From Chromatiales bacterium (GTDB lineage: Bacteria; Pseudomonadota; Gammaproteobacteria; JAJPIJ01), in the NCBI GenBank assembly GCA_052388435.1, contig JBQTIC010000054.1, positions 2,739 to 66,738 of the forward strand: a stretch of 64,000 nt of DNA, given 5' to 3'. The notes beneath the pieces were generated by a model. It did no database searches, was not told the DNA's origin, and saw only the letters and a list, made by a program, of their open reading frames with translations. The position numbers and the translations under genes were made by a program. The number at the start of each line of letters is the position of its first letter. Position 1 is the first letter of the stretch. Below are positions 58,101 to 64,000 of this stretch, in pieces.

Positions 58101-58255
58101 ATCAGCACTATGAGTATGAGTACCACGCCCTGCTGCCGATGCGGCCCATTGACCGACACGGTCGGCGCCAAGGTCACGGACGGGGGAAGGCATACGTCAC
58201 CCGATCTACCACCGCCTTTTGAAGGCGACTTCTTACCGGGACTGCTGATAGCCAT
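55136..58255 (-). CDS. giant (1039 aa) signal-anchored repeat protein of the pilus cluster (candidate PilY1/MshQ-like tip or assembly factor)
   Basis: ATG 58255. Single N-terminal hydrophobic segment (QQGVVLILIVLILVVASSSLLL) without prepilin motif. Five tandem ~65-aa repeats (aa ~307-372, 523-586, 602-666, 669-738, 842-909; nt ~55531-57337) with core L-x-D-x(3-5)-DF-x(2)-LGV-x(2)-GD-x-V-x-N...G-x-V...[LI]TV...[AN][AG][DQ]-x-Y-x-[IL]. Cys-containing N-terminal globular region (FLPCPDTDNDGSPNPPCG), Pro-rich linkers. Confidence 0.6.
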   Translation of the reverse strand: MAISSPGKKSPSKGGGRSGDVCLPPSVTLAPTVSVNGPHRQQGVVLILIVLILVVASSSLLLTQLNAAASEGYRRERSAAALEAAREALIGYAASYPDNPATTDFLAGPGFLPCPDTDNDGSPNPPCGTLAETVRVGRLPWEFLGLHDVRDSSGERLWYALSGNFRNNPKTFPLNSETPGQLTIDGSGDIVAVLLAPGPSFNDQLRPSNVVSHYLEGENSDPDPDFVTSGAGDFNDQVLVISRRDFMGEMEKRVLGEAANSVSQYREVAENLTPSTPDDGRYPWSSPFAAPRAATMAAPMIAGTAAASSITQLQDPTKDFVTLGVRVDDIVQNVTDGSKGVITAVAATTLTVAALRDGAENDFDAGDAYQIPRNNGDILSGTARDGHLPYHAMVQLPPPAGVAGEAFRTGFTLDWDIREANGAVVTAAFLPALPPPVVTAVANYVPGLRATIQKTLPRPLLDSVAVPPTRDPVPVLSANGICLWSMDYPANFPTAGQCPLAQTATDSVDCSGTAAEPYFTRTATAGSAGTTLMDAEADFNALGVNPGDVVENQTSVISGFVTAVTSPTTLTVSGLTFAANDGYRLRIATRELPLPPPGTATLGSLGPLLEDTNVDFLALGVNAGDYVENLSTGLKGVIQTVGLPTPSHLIVDLLSGVTFVAGQQYQLTNAATAGSAGLTLMDSSQDFVALSVRAGDVVRNLDDGSIGRVATVGTNQITVIALTGGASNSFNAGDEYLIRSGLIETRQYAFRPMHNGTVSFANSAGTKVRDVVIGSPAAFAPLPEQPPPAMPAIPPVTITDVDVAGTQLGNATLSIPAGTSGFVSTGNIHMDFAPLDGAVTAVGATGLELIDSTRDFVQLGVRPGDWVEKLGVGCSKGRVESVGPASQVTVKNVPGGSITFAANDRYRIYHELPPWFVRNNWHQLIYAAASPQEVPTSGSTGSCTIGTDCLVLRDGADLATNNDRIRALLIAAGPPVGTQDRTTGVSGAYFEGQNDLPVIGPPFSPPAPCPGAPCEYERGTFPPVTNTFNDEVRIVARQP

Positions 58256-58706
58256 CGACGATGGTGTTGGTGGCGGGGTCGTAGGTCTGGCCGGGCTTGA
58301 GCCGCACGTTGGGCAGATGCTCCGGGGTGTCGATGGGCACGGCTACGCTGCGCGGCCGATCGATGCGGATATGCTCATCGCCGAAGTCGCCCTCGTAAGT
58401 ATTCTGGCCGTTGACCCAGACCGTGCCGTCGCCTCGCGAGCGCAGCACCACTCCGTTGACGGTGATGGGCGGCACCTGCGGGGGCGGAAGGACTTCTTCG
58501 GGCGGCGGCGGCTCGACGACGGTTACGGGAGAGGGTTGCACGGGGGGCGCAGGCGGCCTCGGCGGCGCGGCGCGCAGGCGCTCGAGCATCTCCCGTTCCT
58601 CCGGTGTCATGAACAGCCGTCCCAGTTCCTGCGCCTGCATGGACGCCGTGGCTAGGCTCAGGAACAAGCCGATGGCGACGGTGGTTGCGCTTACATGGCG
58701 TTTCAT
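58233..58706 (-). CDS. PilP/MshK-like periplasmic assembly protein (signal peptide, Pro-rich linker, C-terminal beta-domain)
   Basis: Start set at ATG 58706 (MKRHVSATTVAIGLFLSLATASMQAQE = signal peptide). Then PPRPPAPPVQPSPVTVVEPPPPEEVLPPPQVPP linker, then ~60-aa beta-rich domain (ITVNGVVLRSRGDGTVWVNG...). Position after a PilO-like gene. ORF-track 5' extension to 58865 overlaps the upstream gene. Confidence 0.5.
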   Translation of the reverse strand: MKRHVSATTVAIGLFLSLATASMQAQELGRLFMTPEEREMLERLRAAPPRPPAPPVQPSPVTVVEPPPPEEVLPPPQVPPITVNGVVLRSRGDGTVWVNGQNTYEGDFGDEHIRIDRPRSVAVPIDTPEHLPNVRLKPGQTYDPATNTIVDGYQQSR

Positions 58707-58713
58707 GGCGGCC

Positions 58714-59340
58714 CTACCTGAGCACCAGGCTCTTGTCAGGCAGGTTGACCGTGTACCATTCCAGCTCGCACCCCGCGCTGATGTTCTGGGCCTTGGGGTT
58801 CGGCTCAATCGCGCCCTGCTTGCGGGTGAAAGTGCAACGGGAGATGCTGTACAGCCCGGCGGCATGGCGATTCAGTTCATCGAGCAGGGTGGCGAAGTCG
58901 TATTCGTGCAGCAGACCGAGGTCGAGCCGCATCCTGCTTTCGTAGACCTGGAAATGGCCGGTGTTGGTGCCTACCAGATACGGCGGGTTGGCCGCCTCCT
59001 GGGCGTTGATCTGGTAGCGCAACTCTGGCAACTTTATCGATGCACCGGCCCGGCGCAACGTCTCCAGCCAATTCAAGCGATTCTCCTCGCCGATCACGCC
59101 TCTGTTGTAAAGGTCGATAAACCGCGGGTATTGTTCGCGGATGATGCGGTCTTCATCATCGACAGCCAGATAGCGCTGGCTCGTGTCCTTAAACTGCGCG
59201 TGGTTGCGCTGGTAAGCCGCCTCCTCCTTCGTCTTGAAGTAGTGGCTGTACCACATCATCGCGGCGCTCACCACGACGCAGACCACCAGCGCGATAAAGG
59301 CGTCGCTGAGGAAGCGGAAATCGAGATCAAGCTTTTTCAT
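58714..59340 (-). CDS. PilO/GspM/MshJ-like bitopic inner-membrane pilus assembly protein
   Basis: 208 aa, short cytoplasmic N-terminus, one TM (FIALVVCVVVSAAMMWY), then coiled-coil plus periplasmic domain. Operon position after the PilMN-like gene. Confidence 0.5.
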   Translation of the reverse strand: MKKLDLDFRFLSDAFIALVVCVVVSAAMMWYSHYFKTKEEAAYQRNHAQFKDTSQRYLAVDDEDRIIREQYPRFIDLYNRGVIGEENRLNWLETLRRAGASIKLPELRYQINAQEAANPPYLVGTNTGHFQVYESRMRLDLGLLHEYDFATLLDELNRHAAGLYSISRCTFTRKQGAIEPNPKAQNISAGCELEWYTVNLPDKSLVLR

Positions 59341-60961
59341 CGGCTATTCCCATCACCAGCCGCACGAGAAAATCAGCCCTCTCGCCCGTCACCGGCGCGT
59401 CGGACGCGCCCCGCAGATTCGCGCTGGAGCTGACATCAAGCGGCTGCCGGATCACCTCTACCCGGTACACGTTTTCCTGGTTCCTCAATGCTTCCTCGAA
59501 GCGATTGACTGTCGCGATGGCGCCGCGGTAGTTGCCGTCGAAGGGCTCGATGTGTCCCTGCACCTCGGCAACGTGATAATAGAGGTACGACTTGGGAGGT
59601 TCGCTCTGCAACACGCCAGGATCGGCGGGACCGCGCGTTGCCTGCTCCGCGCCGGCGGTGGTTTCCGCGGCGTCGAGCTGCGCGTTGGGATCCGGGCTGG
59701 CAATCCACTCGATCCTGTCGAGCTCCACCGTCTGGAAGCCCCCCAGTGCGAGGCTCACTGTGCGCATCATTTCGATCGGCCTGGCCCTGTGACGCGCTAG
59801 CGCGTCAACAATGTCCACTGCCGACTTGATGTCGCGGGGCTCGACGGCGGTCGGCGGCAGACGTTTGCGGGCGATCTCATAACGTGCCTGGTAGTACGCC
59901 GCCTTCTGCTGCGAGTCGAAGGCCTGATGCCGCAGCGACACGCCCTCGATGAAGTTGAAGCCGCTCCAGACCGAGCCGCCCAGCAGCAGCAGCGCCGCCG
60001 CGGCCATCATCCCGACCCGCGTCTTGAAAAGCCGGTAGTAGCGGGTCTGATGCTTGGGCGCGTATTGGTTGACCGGCTTCTCATCGAGCAGCAGGTGCGC
60101 AAAAAGCACGTCGCTGTATGGCGTCGTCAGTGCGCCGCTGATCCCCAGGCGCCTGCCGACCTCGGCGACATTCACCAGATGGAAACGCACCTGCTCGACC
60201 GTTCGCGTCTGGTGCTTGAGTTCGCCGAGCAGATCGCCACCGGTGACGACGAAGATGTCGAGCGGCGCGTCGCGGTTCAGCAGCCGCAGGCTGACGAGAT
60301 AGCGCCGGAATTTATCGAGCTCGCCCAGCACGTGCGGCGCGTAAGGCACCGAGCCGTAACGCGGCATCTTCGCCAGACGGCTCACCTTCAACTCCTGGTC
60401 ACGGAAGAAGGTCTGCCTGAGGCCGCTTGCGCCGTGCAGCGTCACCAGCAGCAGATTCGACGACTTAGTGCCCAGCTTGTCGAGCAGCAGCTCACTGATG
60501 ACTGGCAGCGAGTAGATGCCGGTGACAGGCACCTTGTTGTCGCTGAACAGGCGGATGAGCGGGTCGAGCTGATCCGGGTTGGTGAGTGCCGTCAGCAGCA
60601 GACGGTCGTCTTTGCGCCCCTCGACCTCGCGGCCCTGAACCTGCGCATACTGGTAAGGTGTGTTACGGAACAACCGCAACAGCTTGCGCTGAATGATCGC
60701 GCCGCGGTCGCGACCAAAGACGTGCGGAATGGTGTCCTGGCGGTATTCCTCTTCGACAACGTCGACGACGAGATAGACGGGGACGTTGGGCGATTCCTCC
60801 AGGTAATGCGCGAACTGCCCGAACCCCACATCGGTGGCCTCAAAAAGAAACCCGTCCGCGAGTCCGCCGCTGCGCCAGTGATAAACGGCGATCTTGTCGC
60901 CAGTGATATAAATGGCGCGGCGATCGAAGAGATCAAACCTTGATCTTAGAGATGAGATCAT
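59327..60961 (-). CDS. PilM-PilN fusion-like (MshI/GspL-type) assembly protein
   Basis: 544 aa: ~315-aa cytoplasmic domain, single TM (VGMMAAAALLLLGGSVWSGF), ~200-aa periplasmic domain. ATG 60961 overlaps the 3' end of the platform gene by 29 nt. Confidence 0.5.
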   Translation of the reverse strand: MISSLRSRFDLFDRRAIYITGDKIAVYHWRSGGLADGFLFEATDVGFGQFAHYLEESPNVPVYLVVDVVEEEYRQDTIPHVFGRDRGAIIQRKLLRLFRNTPYQYAQVQGREVEGRKDDRLLLTALTNPDQLDPLIRLFSDNKVPVTGIYSLPVISELLLDKLGTKSSNLLLVTLHGASGLRQTFFRDQELKVSRLAKMPRYGSVPYAPHVLGELDKFRRYLVSLRLLNRDAPLDIFVVTGGDLLGELKHQTRTVEQVRFHLVNVAEVGRRLGISGALTTPYSDVLFAHLLLDEKPVNQYAPKHQTRYYRLFKTRVGMMAAAALLLLGGSVWSGFNFIEGVSLRHQAFDSQQKAAYYQARYEIARKRLPPTAVEPRDIKSAVDIVDALARHRARPIEMMRTVSLALGGFQTVELDRIEWIASPDPNAQLDAAETTAGAEQATRGPADPGVLQSEPPKSYLYYHVAEVQGHIEPFDGNYRGAIATVNRFEEALRNQENVYRVEVIRQPLDVSSSANLRGASDAPVTGERADFLVRLVMGIADEKA

Positions 60962-62138
60962 AGATGGGTCCCAACACCGATAGCATCACCCACATCAGCA
61001 GCCCGCCGAGCAAGATGGTTATGCCCGGCCCGAGGATCTTCTGCAGCCGCTCCACGGACTCCTTGACGTCGCGGGTGTAAAAATACCCCACGTTGGCCAG
61101 CGCCGTCTCTAGTGAGCCGGTATTCTCGCCGACGCGCAGCATGCGCAGGACCAGCGGCGGAAAGAGCTCCGACTCTCCGAAGCTCGCGGCGATACCCGAC
61201 CCGTCGCCGATTCTGCGGCCCGCCGCCAGCACCGCCTCCTCGACGGCCTTGTTGTCCACCACGTCGGCGCTCAGACGAATACTGTCTAGCACGGTAATGC
61301 CGGAAGCGTACATCAGGGCAAAGTTGTTCGTGAAACGCGTCAAAATAAGTTTCTTGAGTATCGGCCCAATGACCGGCCAGCGCAGTTTCCAAGCGTCCCA
61401 GTTGCGACGGAATACCGGACTGACCTGCGCGCCGACCTTGATGGCCACGGCAGCCACAACCGGCGCCAGGAGAAAAAGGTACCAGTACTCCTGGAAGGCG
61501 CCCGACACCGTGGTGAGCAGCTTGGTGTGCCAGGGCAGCTCCCCGCCCATGGTCTTGACGAACTTGAGCAGCTCCGGCACGACATTGACCATCAGAACAA
61601 AGACCGCGATCGTTACGACCACGAGCACGATGCTGGGATAAATAAGCAAGGTCTTGACGTGGGACGCCTGCTCGTCCTGCCATTTCAGGTTCTCCGCGAT
61701 CTGGCGCAGGACCTCCGGGAGCTGACCGGCCTCCTCGCCGGCGCGGATCAGGTTCACCATCGTGTCCCCGAACACGTACGGGAAGTCGGCCATCGATTGC
61801 GAGAGGTTCTTGCCGCCCTGGATGGTTTCGATCATGACCGCAATGACGTCACGCAGTCGCGGGTTCTCCATGGTGTCGCGCAGATCGGCCAGGCCCTCCA
61901 GCATCGGCACGCCGGCGCGCAGGAGCTGCTCCATGTGAAAGCAGAAGGTGATCAGATCGACCCGGCGGATGGTGCGGCCGCCGGCGGCGCGGCTGCGGCC
62001 CCTGATTTGCCGGTAGCTGATGAGATCGAGACCCATGCGGCTCAGGCGCGACTCCAGATCGCCGACGTTGACGGCATCCAGTCGGCTGCGCTTGACGGTG
62101 CCGTCACGAGCTATCGCTTTGTAGCGATACACCTCCAT
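60933..62138 (-). CDS. type II secretion / type IV pilus platform protein (GspF/PilC/MshG family)
   Basis: 401 aa, duplicated T2SSF domain architecture, 3 TM, conserved ...LLRAGVPMLEGL... and ...GESELFPPLVLRMLRVGENTGSLETAL... segments. Confidence 0.85.
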   Translation of the reverse strand: MEVYRYKAIARDGTVKRSRLDAVNVGDLESRLSRMGLDLISYRQIRGRSRAAGGRTIRRVDLITFCFHMEQLLRAGVPMLEGLADLRDTMENPRLRDVIAVMIETIQGGKNLSQSMADFPYVFGDTMVNLIRAGEEAGQLPEVLRQIAENLKWQDEQASHVKTLLIYPSIVLVVVTIAVFVLMVNVVPELLKFVKTMGGELPWHTKLLTTVSGAFQEYWYLFLLAPVVAAVAIKVGAQVSPVFRRNWDAWKLRWPVIGPILKKLILTRFTNNFALMYASGITVLDSIRLSADVVDNKAVEEAVLAAGRRIGDGSGIAASFGESELFPPLVLRMLRVGENTGSLETALANVGYFYTRDVKESVERLQKILGPGITILLGGLLMWVMLSVLGPIYDLISKIKV

Positions 62139-63844
62139 CAGGCGATCCTTTCCGTGAGATCCACCACCCGCGACACCTCATCGATACTGGTTACGCCGTC
62201 CAGGACGCGTTTCGCCGCGGCGTCCGCAAGCGTGGTGAAGCCCTTGCCGATTACCGCTGTGCTCAGCTCCTTCAGCCTCGCGCCGGCGGCGATGAGCTGA
62301 TCCATATCGCGGTCGAACTTCAGCAGCTCCATCGCCGCCGTGCGTCCGCGATAGCCTTGGTTATCACAATGGATGCAGCCCTTGGCCCGGTAGATGAGCG
62401 GCGACGCCCCACCCTGGTTGATGCCGAGCACGCGGCGTTCCAGTTCGCTCGGCTCGTAGGCCTCCTTGCACTGGTTGCAGAGCTTGCGCACCAGCCGCTG
62501 CGCGATAATGCCGATGATGTTGCCAGACATGATGTCCGGGCGGATGCCTAGGTCGAGCAGACGCGGAACCGCCCCAAGGGCGCTGTTGGTGTGCAGGGTT
62601 GCGAATACCTGGTGGCCGGTCATAGCGGCGCGGAACGCCATGGACGCTGTCTCCTCGTCGCGGATCTCGCCGATGAGGATGATGTCAGGATCCTGCCGCA
62701 GGATCGCCCGCACGCCACTTGCAAAATCCAGCCGCACGGCCTCGTTGATGGAGGTCTGGCGGATCTGGCCCATCGGATATTCGACGGGATCCTCCAGTGT
62801 CATGATATTGACCGACTCCGTATTAAGATGGCTGAGCACCGAATAGAGGGAGGTCGTTTTGCCGCTTCCGGTCGGACCGGTCACCAGAATGATGCCCTCC
62901 GGACGCGCCACCATGAGCTTGAGAACGTTGAGCACTTCCTCTTCGAGGCCCAGTTGTTCCAACTCCACGAGGCCCTTCTGCCGGTCGAGGATACGCAGCA
63001 CGATGTTCTCGCCGTTCACTGTCGGCATGGTGGAGACGCGGAAGTCGATCTGGCGGCCGGAAAGCGACAGCGAGATGCGGCCGTCCTGCGGCGCGCGCGT
63101 TTCGGCGATATCCATGCCCGACATGACCTTTACACGCACCGCGATCGCCGACCAGTAGTTCCTGTGCAGGCTGCGGATCTGCCGCAACACGCCATCGATG
63201 CGGTAGCGGAACCGCAGGAACCCCTGCTCCGGCTCGAAGTGAATGTCGGAAGCGCTGCGCTTGACCGCGTCTGCCAACAGCGCGTTGACCAGCCGCACCA
63301 CGGGTTGGCTGTATTCGCCGCTATCGGCCTCGAGGCTCGCGTAGTCGATCTCGCCGGTCTCAATCTCCTGCAGGATCCCGTCGACGGACAGTTCAAAGCC
63401 ATAGAACTGATCGATGGCCTTCTCGATGTCGGCCTCGGCCGCAAGCAGCGGCACGACCTCCACATCCCCACCCAGCAGGGCGTTGATCTGATCGATGGTG
63501 ACGACGTTGAAAGTATCCGCCATCGCAACAGTCAGGCGATTGCGGTTCAGCTCGTAGGTCAGCGGCAGGATGCGGTGGCGGCGGGCGATATCCTTGGGGA
63601 TGAGGCGTACCGCCTCGCTGTCGACAACCACCTGGGTGAGGTCGACGCTCTGCTGACCGAGCGCGCCGCCCAGAACGTCGAGGATGATCGCCTCGGTGGC
63701 AAAACCGAGACGGACGAGGATCTTGCCTAGGTGTTCCTTGTCCTTCTTCTGCTCGGTGAGCGCAATGCGGATCTGGTCCTGGCTGACAACGCCCTTCTGC
63801 ACCAGCAACTCCCCAATGCGGAGCGGCTGTTTGGGGACATTCAC
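62138..63844 (-). CDS. GspE/PilB-family secretion ATPase with MshEN-type (c-di-GMP-binding) N-terminal domain
   Basis: 568 aa. N-terminus has two tandem MshEN-like half-motifs (RIGELLVQKGVVSQDQIRIALTEQ and HLGKILVRLGFATEAIILDVLGGALG). Then T2SSE N-domain, Walker A GPTGSGKTT, Asp box, Walker B ILIGEIRDEETA, His box, tetracysteine CNQC...CIHC. Confidence 0.85.
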   Translation of the reverse strand: MNVPKQPLRIGELLVQKGVVSQDQIRIALTEQKKDKEHLGKILVRLGFATEAIILDVLGGALGQQSVDLTQVVVDSEAVRLIPKDIARRHRILPLTYELNRNRLTVAMADTFNVVTIDQINALLGGDVEVVPLLAAEADIEKAIDQFYGFELSVDGILQEIETGEIDYASLEADSGEYSQPVVRLVNALLADAVKRSASDIHFEPEQGFLRFRYRIDGVLRQIRSLHRNYWSAIAVRVKVMSGMDIAETRAPQDGRISLSLSGRQIDFRVSTMPTVNGENIVLRILDRQKGLVELEQLGLEEEVLNVLKLMVARPEGIILVTGPTGSGKTTSLYSVLSHLNTESVNIMTLEDPVEYPMGQIRQTSINEAVRLDFASGVRAILRQDPDIILIGEIRDEETASMAFRAAMTGHQVFATLHTNSALGAVPRLLDLGIRPDIMSGNIIGIIAQRLVRKLCNQCKEAYEPSELERRVLGINQGGASPLIYRAKGCIHCDNQGYRGRTAAMELLKFDRDMDQLIAAGARLKELSTAVIGKGFTTLADAAAKRVLDGVTSIDEVSRVVDLTERIA

Positions 63845-64000
63845 GGTGGGCTTCCGCTTGCCGCGGCGAGCGCCTGGATCCGGGAGTTGGCCTGCGCGGA
63901 CGCAAACCTGGGAGGACGCGTGGCCGCAAGCTGAACCGCCTTGCGGTAATAGTCCAGCGCCGGAGCGCTCTGGCCGAGATGATCGAGGCTCACCGCGAGG
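63845..64000 (-). CDS. TPR-repeat protein (MshN-like position), 5' part beyond window
   Basis: Minus-strand frame ...LAVSLDHLGQSAPALDYYRKAVQLAATRPPRFASAQANSRIQALAAASGSPP* with TGA immediately followed by the ATPase ATG (TGAATG). TPR-like helical content. Confidence 0.4.

Noticed and set aside
62591-63730. 379-aa plus-strand ORF
   Set aside because: Antisense to the GspE/MshE ATPase gene, whose Walker A/B boxes are unambiguous.
1-64000. CRISPR arrays, rRNA genes, transposases/integrases, toxin-antitoxin pairs
   Set aside because: No spaced direct repeats apart from the features listed. No rRNA-like conserved blocks. No DDE/tyrosine-recombinase-like ORFs were seen in any frame.

Overview
The window is chromosomal DNA from a high-GC (~65%) Gram-negative bacterium, probably a gammaproteobacterium. 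It is mostly conserved core sequence with several accessory or decaying patches. The core is the complete 14-gene NADH:quinone oxidoreductase operon nuoA-N on the minus strand (27776-42574), preceded by the conserved tpiA-secG-tRNA-Leu(GAG) block. Other housekeeping genes are apt, pgi, glgB, psd, glnE, a SCO1/PCu(A)C copper-chaperone pair, ppnN, nfi, pcm, a class I PHA synthase (phaC) translationally coupled to a patatin-like lipase, an ABC/FtsX/AttH-like transporter trio, and tRNA-Arg(CCU). Non-core content: (i) an MSHA-like type IVa pilus / T2SS-like cluster on the minus strand (54367-64000), with a c-di-GMP-binding-type (MshEN motif) GspE ATPase, a platform protein, PilMN/PilO/PilP-like genes, a 1039-aa protein with five ~65-aa tandem repeats, and a prepilin, next to an orphan multi-TM sensor kinase; (ii) two paralogous Ser/Thr kinases fused to C-terminal cyclic-nucleotide-binding domains, flanking CBS-hypothetical-pgi and close to glgB; (iii) a 158-bp MITE-like element in two ~99% identical copies; (iv) a multiply frameshifted maltokinase pseudogene fused to the end of glgB; (v) a small gene-decay patch with a truncated ODP/flavodiiron fragment and a frameshifted SRPBCC gene; (vi) a ~50-nt element duplicated in two intra-operon spacers of nuo; (vii) a (GCTCAGCC)4 tandem repeat in the nuoA leader; (viii) a hairpin-rich non-coding block upstream of tRNA-Arg. 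No CRISPR array, rRNA, transposase or integrase was seen. The ORF track lists GTG/TTG starts as M, so several starts were re-evaluated.
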